64,000 nt of DNA from positions 32,860,001-32,924,000 of the forward strand of contig OX597828.1 of assembly GCA_951406725.2 (NCBI GenBank). Reading direction: 5' to 3'. Below, one piece after another: positions 39,588 to 53,457 of this stretch. Under the pieces are notes generated by a model that worked only from the letters and a program-made list of their open reading frames with translations, searched no databases and was not told the origin of the DNA. Position 1 is the first letter of the stretch. Every line of letters starts with the position of its first letter. The stretch comes from Octopus vulgaris. Lineage: Eukaryota. Made by a program: the position numbers and the translations under genes.

Positions 39588-40772
39588 GAGTTATTTAACA
39601 TTCAATGTCTTTTCTCTTCGTCAAAATGTTTTAGCCCGAGATGTTAGACACGTATTCCTAAACGGCATCAAATATATACCACTATTTAAAATATTTGTAC
39701 ATTTTTTGGACACCACATCGCTACGCACCTTGGAAAACAATTTCGCTATCGGATATTTCTCTTGTACTTCATAAAGAAGCTTTTTCGCTCACAGCTTGTT
39801 TTCTATTTTGAGAAAATTTGTTAGCAATTTTTTCGATTATTATTAGCTTTATGGAATTTTATTGATATTTGCAGAATATTTTCTGAGTTATATTTAACTG
39901 ATGTTATTTAGTTTTATTTAGACTTTGGCAATTTTAAAGAGTTATTTTCTCTCTCTACTCGTTATGTTCATTGGATAGCTACTGTGTGATGGCGCTTCCT
40001 AAAAGGGTTTTGTTGAGGATAGCGACCCCAGTATTTACAGGGGGGAAATTATTCTATCGGTCTCGGTTTAAGAACCACTATGTTACCGGACATAAACAAT
40101 CGAACACTTATTATCAAGTAGTAGGGGAACAAAGAAACACACACACACACACACACACACAAACATACACACACACTCACTTACACACACACACATACTC
40201 ACACACATGTATATAGATATGAAACCGGCTTCCGCATAGTTACTGTCTACCATATGCGTGAAGAAGGCACTGGTCTGCCCGAGGATGGCATTTTCTGAAA
40301 TCGTGATTTTGAAGGATATTTGGTTGCTAGTTCTATCATATCAAGAGACGATATAGATGTTCTAGTGTGAACTCATAAAATTTACGTTTTCGCGGGAGCT
40401 GTTATTCTTCTAAAAAAATTTATATGTATCAGTTACCTTTAATTAGCATGTTGTAAGTACCTTATTTTAGCCGTGGCGCTGTAACTTTCTTCATTCATAT
40501 CTCTGATAGAGCATGTCTCTCTTTAGATAATTCTATATTCGAAGACCTAACAGCAGTCCATAGCGTTTATCGCACTCGATTCTTCTTAGTACAGTAGTAA
40601 GTTATTCAAGGAAGCCATGACTGCTCTATTTAGCGGATCAAACAACCTCCCTCGCTTACGCTGTTCTAATTATATATGACTTCGATTGTATTTACTGCAC
40701 TTCGTCATGTATACCAAGCGCATAAACACACAGACACCCGTATACACACACACATACATATATATATATATG

Positions 40773-40841
<69 letters not shown>

Positions 40842-40870
40842 GTATATATATATAAATATATATATGTATA

Positions 40871-40910
<40 letters not shown>

Positions 40911-40914
<4 letters not shown>

Positions 40915-41212
40915 AATCACACACCAAATCACGGTTCACCTATTTTGCCTTCTGTTCATCGCGGATTTTTCTGGATAATAAATGTAAATTTATATCACGG
41001 ACTCATCGGTACATCGCGGGTTTCTGAGGCCAATAGGTATTTATATTTTTTTTTAGATTTTAAACATTTCTGTGGTAAAATAAGCATTTTCACCCTAAAA
41101 ATTAATAAATTAATAAACAAAAATACAGAACAGTGCTGTTTCTATTTCGCGGATTTTCACCTGTCGCGGGGGATTCTGGAACGCGACGCCCGCGATAATC
41201 GAGGGAATACTG
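40911..41212. mobile_element. Tigger/pogo-like (Tc1/mariner) MITE inserted in (TA)n
   Basis: Right TIR CGCGATAATCGAGGGAATACTG|TA, decayed left TIR TAGTAATC...ATCACGG, internal repeated TCGCGGATTTT motifs. Confidence 0.65.
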
Positions 41213-41261
41213 TATATATATATAAATAATCTCTAATCTTATATATATATATATATGTATG

Positions 41262-41406
<145 letters not shown>

Positions 41407-42227
41407 TCAGTGCTGCAATACTAAGATAAAGCCTCGCTTTGCTTGGGACTCAACCATTCCTATTACAGATGGTTTTTTATTTGCTTTGAATACTGACGTA
41501 AACCATTATTGTTGACAAGATACGCTTCAGTGGCACGTATATTTAGTGCTTGACCGACCACCGTCAAACCAGCTACCTTAGTTCAATCTTTATATTTCTG
41601 TCTATTACTTTCATTTTAATGACATTCTTAGGGGATGAAGAGCAATGCCCAGTATACTTTTTTGTGCCTTCGTGAATGTGAGAAGAATGGGGAGGTTAAT
41701 TAGAATGTCGTGTCCTGACCCGAATAATCGCGCCATAATATATTCAACTAAATGCAAACAAGAGCCACGAAAATTTGCTAAATCATTGAATAGATTAACT
41801 TCAACATCCCCGAAACACGATTTTTCTTTGCGATGAGATGCCATAGAGTTTATTGGTTAATGTGAATTTTTAGGATCACTCCCTTGCACAAGACAGGTGG
41901 ATAGAACTCAATTGTAAATAGTTGCAAAATGAGCGTCTAAAACAGAACCACGGTTGCGCTCGTTGCTTTGAAATCATATCTTATAATTTGCCCGATTTAT
42001 TGAATAGATAAGACGTAGAACAAGCTGCCCTGCGATAAGTTAAAGTGTGAACGTTATTGTAAAGTTGGCTCCGAGCTGCGATTAACTTATATCCCCAGCG
42101 AACATTAACAGTTGAACAATAACATTTTAGGGTAATGTTGTCAAGAGGCTGAGTCTAGTTAAAATTTCAATGGTTGTTGTTTGGAGTATTTCGGAAGGTT
42201 TGCCCTATATTTTCGAATACACACATA

Positions 42228-42306
<79 letters not shown>

Positions 42307-42346
42307 TTTATATTTTTATATATTTTATCTAGTTTCAGCTCATGAG

Positions 42347-42381
<35 letters not shown>

Positions 42382-42389
42382 TACATATA

Positions 42390-42451
<62 letters not shown>

Positions 42452-42507
42452 CGTATATATGTTTTTATATAGATAGACAAACATACAGACAGACAGACAG
42501 GCGGACG

Positions 42508-42571
<64 letters not shown>

Positions 42572-43554
42572 TTAGGCATATATTCGCACATGCACACATA
42601 TTTTGCTTGTGTGCATGGTTATATATAATATGGGTGTGTATAATATATTATATGTATGATATATTCGCATATAGACGAAGATTGGATATTATAAGTTTAT
42701 AAGTGTGTGTATGTATGTACGTATGTACGTATGTGCGTATGTTTGTGTGCATTTATGTGTGTGTATGTATATTTGTATATACATTGGGCGAGATGTATTC
42801 AATTTCCTACTCCTTTTCCCCACATACGCCCTGCAAAATATATTAGAATGTATACATACGTGAACATCTCTCTGTATGATAGTTGCTGAGATTATATGAA
42901 TAACTGTATTATATTCTGTATGTATTTCAATGGGTGTAACATCAATACTGATGATATGTTTCCTCGCGAATCAATGTTTTTGCATTGTTATTTGCTTATT
43001 GTAGGCAGATATTTTTTTTTCTTTATATTCTATTTCCCATTTGCTTCATTTGAAGACAATACAATACGAAATAGAATTTGTAGCGAATAAATGTCGACAA
43101 TATATCATTAGCACTGCTTTAAAAATATATAGAAAGTCTTGATAGAACGTCAAAAATATAAAATATCTAAAATGTGTATGGATTTTATTCCAACGTAGAA
43201 ATATAATAAAAAAGAAATCTTTATCAGAGAAATAATGCGAACATCGATCATAACAGATACAAGAATAATGTAAACTATAAGAATAATGGGAAAATAAACT
43301 ATAATTAACAGTATATTTCTGGGTCCATTTCCTCTTGCTAATAGAATACGCAGTCTATCCCTATGTAATTTTATTTATTTTATGAAGATTTCTAGCAGTT
43401 ACTTATATATTCTTTAACACATTTTGAATATTTTATTTCTATTCGTTAAGTCTAGACTGGTTTTACTTCTTATAATGAAGAATGTATATGTGCCCATCTA
43501 TTTAACTATATATATCCCTTATTAGAGAAGTATGTAAGCAGGGAAATAGATAGA

Positions 43555-43594
43555 CAGAGATAGATAGATAGGTAGATAGATAGATACATAGATT

Positions 43595-43665
<71 letters not shown>

Positions 43666-43666
43666 G

Positions 43667-43704
<38 letters not shown>

Positions 43705-43729
43705 GAGATAGATAGAGAGATGATAAATG

Positions 43730-43825
<96 letters not shown>

Positions 43826-43828
43826 GAT
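43555..43828. repeat. (GATA)n microsatellite
   Basis: About 270 bp with interruptions. Confidence 0.97.
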
Positions 43829-44160
43829 GCATACATATATACATGAATAGATTGATACGAGAATCAGTATTCATGGTTGATAAAGATGTTTCAATTCTTA
43901 ATGTCTTTGTCGATCAATATATAAATATATATTGGAAGGAAATGTTCATGACAGTATGCAGCAAAATCACTGACGGGTAATTTTTTAGCTTGCAGAGCGG
44001 AGAAAAAAACATGGTCCCACCGGCCTCCATATATCCTATCTCTTTATTTAATGGCCAAGATGCATTTCATGAATGCCAGCGTGTTTCTGGATTCTCAGTG
44101 ACATGATGAATCATTTGATCATTTGCTTATGCATACATATATGTATTCATACTCCTGTGA

Positions 44161-44215
<55 letters not shown>

Positions 44216-44332
44216 CATACATACAAACACATATTTATATAGACATACATGCCGCCTACAAACATATATACATACATATGAACTTGCATACACACGTATG
44301 CATTACCATAGATATATATTTATATATGTGCC

Positions 44333-44364
<32 letters not shown>

Positions 44365-44599
44365 GAGAGATAGACAGACTGATAGACAGATAGATAAATA
44401 GATAGATATGGATATATATATATATATATACATATATTGTTATAGTTACGGATGGTCGTTTTTTTTACAATTAAACAAACAATATTTATTCCATGTTCGC
44501 CGTCGTTTTAGTTTATACGCCTGGCAGAGACTTCCCTGGTATATATACTACAGAAAGACAGAATAGAATAAGTAGGCCAAGAGGAGACACATTGCATAC

Positions 44600-44657
44600 A
44601 GTATCACTGATGAGTTCACAGAATGTGTGACGAAAGTTTCTGAAACTCGTATATACT
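44600..44657 (+). ncRNA. Candidate type I hammerhead ribozyme
   Basis: CUGAUGA (44607-44613), stem II G-U(U)CACA/UGUGA-C, GAAA (44632-44635), stem III AGUUU/AAACU, triplet CUC (C17 = 44648). Stem I is imperfect next to the core, with distal AGUAU/AUACU pairing. Confidence 0.55.
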
Positions 44658-44899
44658 AAAAAATAATGCAAACAAAACCAAAGAGGAAGTCGAATTGTGT
44701 ATTTTTTTAACTGGCAAACAAACAAAAGAAATGATCATCCCGAGTATTACAATATCTGTTCCAGCACACTTTTTCCCATCAAGAAAATTACAAAGCAAAT
44801 ACATGAACTTATACGTGTGTGTGTGAGTATGTTCATGTATTATATATATATACATATATATGTGTGTGTTTATGTATACATATATATTCACACTTACTA

Positions 44900-44975
<76 letters not shown>

Positions 44976-44999
44976 CATCATTATTATTATTATTATTAT

Positions 45000-46369
45000 T
45001 TTATTTATTTTCTTATAAGTATTTAAATTATTGGAATTCCTCTAAATTATATGTCTTCTTTTTTGCATGTATAACGTTTCGGAAAGTGAATATCTTACGG
45101 TCTGCAGTTCAGGTTTTTTATCAATTATTTACACTGTTCATCGAAACAGCTGGTAACCCTATTTTGAATGGAAAGTTCACGAAGCATAAGTAAGTAGTCG
45201 TGTTTAGATGTCCTATTTCTTTTTTTATTGTTCGATAAGCATATTCCAATGTTTTAGTACGCGTGCATAGGTATTCATGATCCTAATTGTTTTCTTACAT
45301 GGTTTTATATAATCTAAATTTGTAGATATGTTAAGGCATTTTTATACTATATCTTATGCTTTTGATTAACGAATTTCTCTAAATTAACAGATAATCGATA
45401 AATTCCTTATTTATCTTAAGACAATTTATATCTTAAACTCTTGCTATCCATGTGTAAATTTTCTTACTTAGGTCACCATGATATGGAAGGTATAATATTA
45501 CAAATACGAACAGTTGTTGCTTTGGGAATGTTTTACATATTCAGGCGGGTGGAACTCTACCGAAAGTATTGCTGTATTTCACTTGTGTTCCTACTAATTC
45601 TTTTCTTCTCTTCTCCAATATTTCTTTGCTATCGATAGATTTATCCGGAGATCCATACCGTTTTAAATGATTTTTCTTGTAAGAATTATGAAACCTTCAG
45701 GTGTTCGTTGGATCTAACAGATTGGATATCAATGCTTCATATTAATATCTTTGATGTTCGCGTGATAGTTCCATATTATTCTAGCCGAGGCTGAAATATC
45801 TAGCAGGCGTTCTAACCAAACGTTCCTCAAGATATACCGAAGGCTCATGCTTCAAAAAGGAACATTTCGACTAGGTAGTCGCAGCTGGACCGCAACTGAA
45901 AATAATCCTGGTCAATCGGGTTTTGACCTATAGCTAAAAATAAAACAACAGAAACAAAAACATTAATAGTGAAATTCATATCTTTAGGGACAAGACTTGT
46001 TCTTTCTCCACCACGCCAGGTTATTATCTCCATAGTTTTTTTCGGAATGGTATTGGAGACCTTCAACGGGAGTTTATATATATTTGGAAAGTATTTCAGC
46101 CAAACGTCAGATATACTGTCAGTAACAGGTGTTGTAATTGATTGTTTGCCAAACAATTTGAATGCACGTACGCTGAATACACGAACGCATGCATGCACAC
46201 AGCTACGCACGCACGCGCGGGCACACATATAATTACACATATATACACACAAACACATATACAGTTCTATATTTAAGTGATGAGAAATTATGTACATTAT
46301 TTACATTTGACGGATATACATATATATGTATATTTATATATGTATAAATATGTATATATATGTATATAC

Positions 46370-46456
<87 letters not shown>

Positions 46457-46760
46457 CGGCGGTCAGCCACTGGTCGATACATTTCGTCATAGCTGCTTGG
46501 TCATTTAGCTTTTCATTTGAGTCCCCTTTGTAGACGAGGCTTCGTTTTTGTTCTCTGACAGCTTTCCGCCATATATTTCTGCAATATTTCTTTTTCACTT
46601 TGCTAAGCAATTTTACCATCTCTCTATATATTATCTTTGTTTATCGTTCTGGGGTTTCTCTCAAGCAGTCCAGTATGTTTAAAGAAACATTTATTTCTCT
46701 TCAGATCGCTTAATATATAGTCTTTACTAAGATTTCTCATATTAATCGCTCTCATATTAC
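45000..46760 (-). mobile_element. Old R4/Dong-clade element, split by microsatellite 46170-46455, ending at (TAA)n 44900-45000
   Basis: KRNKCFFKHTGLLERNP...YCRNIWRK; TTPVTDSISDVWLKYFPNIYKL...ITWRGGERTSLVPK (cf. K.PG.D.I...WLK...P.WL..G.T.LIPK); TPEGFII; PPEYVKH. Confidence 0.7.
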
Positions 46761-47885
46761 TGTGGTTTCATCCTTCCTCTTGATGTTACTTTTTCTAAAT
46801 AGATTTGTGATTTCTACCTTTAATATTGAGGAATTCTTTGTTTATATCACTCAGTATTTTCCCCTATTAATCTTCTTTCTTTGTATTTATCTATTTATTT
46901 ATCTATTCACCCATTTATTTATCTTTCTCTCTCTCTCATTTTATTCCTTGTTTTTTTTTTTCTCCTTTGACATTCTTCTGTGTTTCCGCTTGTATGTGAG
47001 TATGTGTGGCGGGAACATCTGTAAATCCAAATGAATATGTCAAATTTTATTCTGACATAATGACATCACATTTATGTATTAGTTGCGAAATGAAATCCTG
47101 CCGCATTTCAAGGGAAATAAACAAATGCTTCTTTGAATTGATCTATTTCATCTTTGAATTGATCTATTTCATCAATAAAATATTTCCCCTCATTATTAAC
47201 ATAATCTCATCTGTTCAGCACGACTTTCGGCTTCACGTCTCTTGAGATACCTACAGTCCTGAGTAAAGCAAGGAGCAATACTAACCGCTTCTTACTTAGT
47301 GTTGTCAGGCTTTCACCGCCTTCTAGCGTTAGGACAATGGGATCGATCAAAGCTCTATTCTAACAATTTGCACAGGGTTTTTGAAGAACGATGGCGTTTA
47401 TGGCAAACACAGAATGCCGACAAGAAGATTTCCAATATATTTCAAACAAGTTTCGGATACTTCTAGCAGTCCCTTACCTGGCAGTATTACCAAAGGGGCA
47501 CTACAATTTCAAGATTAATTCTTAAGGCATGTAAATGCCTTAAGCGTTTGACGAACCGTCCCAGACACTCAAAGAGCGAGGAAACCGCCCTCCACGGTCA
47601 CTTTCATTGCTTAGGAGTTGATGATTTGTCTATTATGGCGAACAGCCACTGTCACGTATGAGGCGGATCCGTTTGACAGTCGTCTTGTAGCCGTCTGGTA
47701 GCCATCTAGCAGCAGTCTAACAGCGGGTGATTGCTCCACCACCCACCTTTAACCAGAAAGGGAATGCAATCTTCTTTTGTCTGGAAGATGTTGCAAGATA
47801 GGTTGCGTGCTGAACGAGGCTGGAAGTAATGAGGACAAAATTTCAGGCTTTGTGTCTTTAGTAGAAAGGATTACTATTATTATTG

Positions 47886-47935
<50 letters not shown>

Positions 47936-47940
47936 GTTGT

Positions 47941-48128
47941 TGAGTGAGAGAGCAGTTCATGCCATCAAAGTGACACTGGGGTAAAATATACGAAGCCCAA
48001 TATACCCATCATGACTATCCGTCTGATAAGGGTACACCAGGCACATGCATCACAACCATATGTGCGCGACATGGTGATCTTATATCAAGATAAGCAGCAC
48101 ATGACCTTGCAAGTGGGGCCCAGTTAGA

Positions 48129-48130
<2 letters not shown>
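47941..48130 (-). mobile_element. Family D, 5'-truncated copy in (TAA)n
   Basis: Aligns with 15172-15361. Flanked by (ATT)n on both sides. Confidence 0.9.
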
Positions 48131-48181
<51 letters not shown>

Positions 48182-48182
<1 letters not shown>

Positions 48183-48629
48183 GAGTGAGCGAGCAGAGCA
48201 TGCCATCGAAGTGACACTGGGGTAAAATATACGAAGCCCAATATACCCATCATGACTACCCGTCTGATAAGGGTACACCAGGCACATGCATCACAACCAT
48301 ATGTGCGCGACATGGTGATCTCATATCAAGATAAACAGCACATGACCTTGCAGGTGGAGCCCAGTTAGAATTTTCTTCAGATCGAGTAACCCATCCCGCT
48401 CAAAAGGTCCCTGAATAAGGCTTGTTTAAGGATGTTGAACGAACCACCCATGTTTCCAGAGGTGAATTATTCAAACCCCAAAGAATCCTTCTCAACACAT
48501 GGCTATGATGCTCCCCCACTACTTCTGCTCGTGATCAGAGATGCACATATCGTCAGCCACTAAGGGACATGCTCAACTGGTTAAGGTCAAACAACTGACA
48601 AGCAAATCTGTGGTATTGAGCAGAATATT
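48182..48629 (-). mobile_element. Family D, 5'-truncated copy in (TAA)n
   Basis: Aligns with 15172-15619. Flanked by (ATT)n on both sides. Confidence 0.9.
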
Positions 48630-48635
48630 CATGCC

Positions 48636-48669
<34 letters not shown>

Positions 48670-48694
48670 CATTATTTTTATTATTCTTATTATT

Positions 48695-48751
<57 letters not shown>

Positions 48752-48949
48752 AGTAGTAGTAGTAGTAGCAACATTTGATGAAAACAGCTTTTTTTGCTGG
48801 GTATGATAGAAAGTGTCAGCTGTCCACAACCAGCAGACTGAGGTGACACTTGTTTACTGGTCTTGCTTCGAGAACTCTACGAAGAATTCTTGCAGTTCTA
48901 AGAAAGGTTGATTTTTTTGTGTGTTCTATCTGTTTTACTTATTTGTACC

Positions 48950-49255
48950 AAAATTTTTAGCCATTCGAAAATTCTCAGATCTCGAAGAACAGGTAATCTT
49001 CTTGAACCCGAGTGGCAGGTAATCTTCTCGGACACGAAATGCGCCTTTATACTGGTGGTCGTCTAGGGGCTGGAAGGCCAGAATTCTTCATGTGTATAGA
49101 AACATTCCTCGGAAACACTCGCAGTTTAGTACTAGTAGGGGACTTGAATGGGATTTGGGACTCACGGAAGGGCTCTATGGGGCTAGTACAAAGAAGAAGG
49201 GGTGCAAAAGCCTCGAAAACCTACTCAGACACAATTGTCTGATAAGCATCGTCTG
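48950..49255 (+). mobile_element. L1/Tx1-clade LINE, APE endonuclease fragment
   Basis: RKFSDLEEQVIFLNPSGR...AFILVVV..GRPEFFMCIETFLGNTRSLVLVGDLNGIWD...KSLENLLRHNCLI. The GD.N catalytic motif of the APE is present. Confidence 0.7.
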
Positions 49256-49268
49256 CATAAATGAAATC

Positions 49269-49339
<71 letters not shown>

Positions 49340-49345
<6 letters not shown>

Positions 49346-50250
49346 GTTTCCTTGTAATTTTTTGAAAAAATTCCGGAAGGAATATTTTTTGTGTGTTGCG
49401 AGAACGAAATCTGAGCTGCCACTGAAAATTTCTTACCCTCAGATTTGACTCCAACTTTCCTTAGCCATTACTGTTATGATAGTTTTGTTTTTGGAGCAGA
49501 GAATCCTTGTAAAATAGGTACGTAATAGACAAACCTTTTTCCCTGATACTTATGCATGCCTTATCTGCTTTGTCTTTTGATACCAGAGAGTAAAATACAA
49601 CCATCAATTTAGAAAATTCTCATTTTTATTCAGTGACCTCTGGTGATGCGGTCTTTAGGTGCTTTGTACACTTTATTCTCGGAATTGGTATACCTCAAAT
49701 TTTATGTAAAAATTTTCCTACTTAATATCTTACTGAATGACAGAGTTCTCATTTCTATTTTTGGTTAGTATTTTGTTGTCTTGAGAAGTGAATTTCTCTG
49801 ATGGTAATTTGACTTTTAGTGTTTTTAAAAGTACTGGCTAATCGGCCATTAGTTCGAACATTTAGAATACATAAAAACTATCAGATCAAAATCAATAATG
49901 TTAACTAATGAGTTAATGTATTGCTTATACAGGTAGCCTTTAACATTATCATTAGTTGTTTTCAGTTGTCTTCATTGTCATTTCACCAATGTTAATGGAT
50001 ACTTTTGTAGCGGCAAAATATCAATTTTTACATTTATCATCTATAACTCTTTGTTCTCGGTACTTCCCCGTTTGTGTTCGATGCAACACTGATAATCTCC
50101 GTTGCTAATCTTTGTTCACACCGATTATTACAAAACCAGGTGGTGAAGTTGTGAAATAAGAAGAAGTTAGAGTCAATTCATGGAGCATGGAGTTGCGTTT
50201 CAAGCTCAAATATTACAGACGCAGTTTTTCGTTCATTCCTTCCAGTGTGT
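49340..50250 (-). mobile_element. Very old R4/Dong-like fragment abutting (TAA)n
   Basis: Q*WLRKVGVKSEGKKFSVAAQ (about 49410-49472) matches QWLR..GLK.ETEGF..AAQ. The upstream extent is uncertain. Confidence 0.45.
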
Positions 50251-50788
50251 ATAAAATGAATATCATTCAAATATTGTGGACAATTTACTAGACTTTATCC
50301 AGCTAACAATTTGTATCCATACATCGGGTTATCAATAATCAGGCTTTCGTTTTTGTAAAAGGGTAAACTTTCTCGAGTTAGAAGCACTTTCTACAATCAT
50401 TATCTTGTCAATAATGAGATTATACAGACGGTTTGTTATTTTGACCGAGGTACAGTTTTGGGTCAAGCGTAGATCACGTTTTTTTTTTTTTGAGTTGATA
50501 TATTACCAGACCCACGTTGCGCTCTTCCACCTGGTGCATAAGACCTGTAGAGATTGAAGCTTTCGCTTCATGTATAGGTTTAGTGGAACATATGTCATTG
50601 AAACGATAGTTGATGTTGGGTGAGAATCCAAAGAGCATTCAGGTCAGAAATTAACAATTTCTAATCGCTTAGTCCGGAGAGAGCTATAGAAAAAAGCCCA
50701 AAGACTATGCTTTTCATAATTTCTAGCGGCAATGATGTTTAAGAACCAGAAATACCTGGATCAATCTAATATATACGTAATGCATCTT

Positions 50789-50838
<50 letters not shown>

Positions 50839-50859
50839 TGTGTCTGTGACCTCGTGAGC

Positions 50860-51050
50860 ACCGCCAGCAATTTTTTTTCCTCTGTCTTTCCTTCTCGGGA
50901 TCTTTCCTTCTCCTTTGTTTCCAACGAAGATCTCCGCTCGAAACGTTAAACCCGCCTTCTTCCCTTCTTTCCTGAGCGTTCAATAATACTTTATTTGTTC
51001 CACGTCCTCGCGTTGCTGTGTTTTTTTTTTTGTGTTTTCTTGTTTGGATT

Positions 51051-51053
<3 letters not shown>
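50860..51053 (+). mobile_element. Penelope-like terminal repeat with degenerate minimal hammerhead
   Basis: GUUU-CCAACGA-A-GAUC(UCC)GCUC-GAAAC-GU-U-AAAC at 50917-50951. Ends at (TA)n. Confidence 0.6.
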
Positions 51054-51100
<47 letters not shown>

Positions 51101-51665
51101 TATATATATTATTATTATTATTTCAGGGAATAAAATCCAAATAAATCTAGATGGTGTAATTTAATTATTAACTTTGAATTGATAAAAGGTGGTTTTTTTC
51201 TAATATTTTATATATATACACACACACATCTCAGTCACATATTTAACGTAGATGAAACTAGCGCATTCCATTGACAAAGAAGATCCTGAAGTAGTCATCA
51301 GAACAGCGAAAGGAAGTTTTATGTTATGCAATGTTAAAAGGTCTGATGGCGGAATAATTTTACCCCTGAGGTATCGTCCTTATCAACTTGTATAGCGAAA
51401 CGTCACTCCGAATACAGAGGTGCTCTCTTTCTGTAGGTTTAAGGAAAGATAGGTGAGAAAGGGCAATGCTCGAGTGCATGAATAAATCAAGGTTATTTAT
51501 GCTGCTCACTGTTATCGGTAAGAACGGAAATAAAACACTTGGTTTCCGCCTGTCAGACATATCCATATTTGAGTGTAGGAAGGGCTGAATTATCCTACAA
51601 GGTTTCTCCTTTGTTTTGAGAATATTTTTCGTTTTTCTTTGTTCCTCGATTATATTTCAATATAT

Positions 51666-52060
51666 ACTCTTTACTCTCTTTTACTTGTTTCAGTCATTTG
51701 ACAGCGGCCATGCTGGAGCACCGCCTTTAGTCGAGAAAATCGACCCCGGGACTTATTCTTTGTAAGCCCAGTACTTATTCTATCGGTCTCTTTTGCCGAA
51801 CCGCTAAGTTACGGGACGTAAACACACCAGCATCGGTTGTCAAGCAATGCTAGGGGGACAAACACAGACACACATACATATATTTACATATATACGACAG
51901 GCTTCTTTCAGTTTCCGTTAGCCAAATCCACTCACAAGGCATTGGTCGGCCCGGGGCTATAGCAGAAGACACTTGCCCAAGATGCCACGCAGTGGGACTG
52001 AACCCGGAACCATGTGGTTGGTTAGCAAGCTACTTACCACACAGCCACTCCTGCGCCTAT
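51666..52060 (-). mobile_element. SINE family B, full length
   Basis: Reverse complement of the 12765-13168 family, highly similar. Confidence 0.93.
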
Positions 52061-52559
52061 GATAACTTATTTACAAATGTAGTTGTAATTTGTATCATTA
52101 CCTTTTTTTCTTTTTCCTTTGATCTAGGTACTCGTTAGATTCATGTTTGTGGTTTATCTATAAATTTCGCATTTGTGCACTGTCTGTGAACATTAACTTC
52201 ATTTCACATTCCACACATTATCTTGACTCTAACGAGTACCAACCGGGTGCATGTACAGTTTTCTCTCTCTCTCACTTTCTCCCTGGCGCTCTCCCCTCGC
52301 TCTCTCTTTCTCTCTCTCTCTCTCTCTTCCTCACTTCATATTCTAAACCTCAAATCTTCTGCTGGTCCATGTTGCCATACGACACTTGCACGCGAATAAC
52401 TGTAACCTGCATATATTGTTTTAAGGATACTGCATGTGTTGCGTCTAAATTTTAGAGCCAGATTTGTGCTATTTAATCTGAAGTATAATATTTTCAATAT
52501 GGTTTATGAACATCGAGACGAGATACTGAAGTGTGTATTCTCACCCATCCATATTATGG

Positions 52560-52920
52560 TTTTGCTACGCCTTTTTACTTTTACGATGGTCTGTGTTACA
52601 ATTCATCTTCATCCCACTCGTTCGTCTGATTTTATATTCAATGCCCTCGACTCAGAACACGTCTCTCGCAACGCGGCTGGTGAACATTTTTATCAAATGT
52701 TCCTTGTTATCAATTAAGAACAACGATATTATCGTACAACCCATTCATGATTATATCTGCATAGTTTATTTTGAACTTTTGGTCAATCAGGTCAGGTAGG
52801 TCCAGAATAATGTAGCCAGGTCGTTTTTCAATGCCAAGTTGGCTACAACATATGAACATTATTTTCACGTTAATGCATCGACATATCACCAGTGAGTGGC
52901 CGACTTTATCATACGCGTTA
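52560..52920 (-). mobile_element. Old R4/Dong RLE-domain fossil
   Basis: [12 protein letters not shown]...IILDLPDLIDQKFKINYADIIM...FDKNV...GIEYKIRRTSGMK resembles HDKVG..LHW.IC...ILWD.PI.TD..IK.NRPDII...D.NV...LEIEI.RMW.MK. Confidence 0.5.
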
Positions 52921-52978
52921 CATCTGTATACATGTATACATATATATTTACATATATATATATATATATATATATATA

Positions 52979-53009
<31 letters not shown>

Positions 53010-53021
53010 TAGATATGTATA

Positions 53022-53071
<50 letters not shown>

Positions 53072-53107
53072 TGTGTGTGTGTATATATGTATGTATATGT
53101 TTATGTT

Positions 53108-53143
<36 letters not shown>

Positions 53144-53457
53144 TGTGTGTGTATATATGTATATGTTTATGTATATACGTATATATGTATATATATATAT
53201 ATATATCTGTAAAAGTAATATGTGACAATTATTCGGTAGCCACAATAAAACTCCAAGTTTTGGATGCCGAGGTGGAAATCCACGCCGCCATCTCTTCTGT
53301 TACCTTTGTTTTTTAAATTGAATGAAATTTAATAGTATCTTAGAATGTGTAGTGGAATCAAAAGTTATTTTTGTGCATTTGAGCACATTTAAACTAATTA
53401 AAAATTATTTTACAGAATCATAGAATTAAAATTTATTTGATTAAAACCCTTTCTAAC

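Noticed and set aside
41611-41844. 77-aa ORF in non-repetitive sequence
   Set aside because: No recognisable domain or splice support, and the length is expected by chance.
47473-47484. CTTACCTGGCAG match to the U1 snRNA 5' end
   Set aside because: Only 12 nt match and the rest of U1 is absent. It is simply the complement of a splice-donor-like sequence.
51340-51410. Hammerhead-like CTGATGG...GAAACGTC (also CTGATGA at about 57078-57084 on the minus strand and CTGAGGA at 7493)
   Set aside because: Each lacks a credible stem II, the GAAA, or an allowed cleavage-site base (G at position 17).
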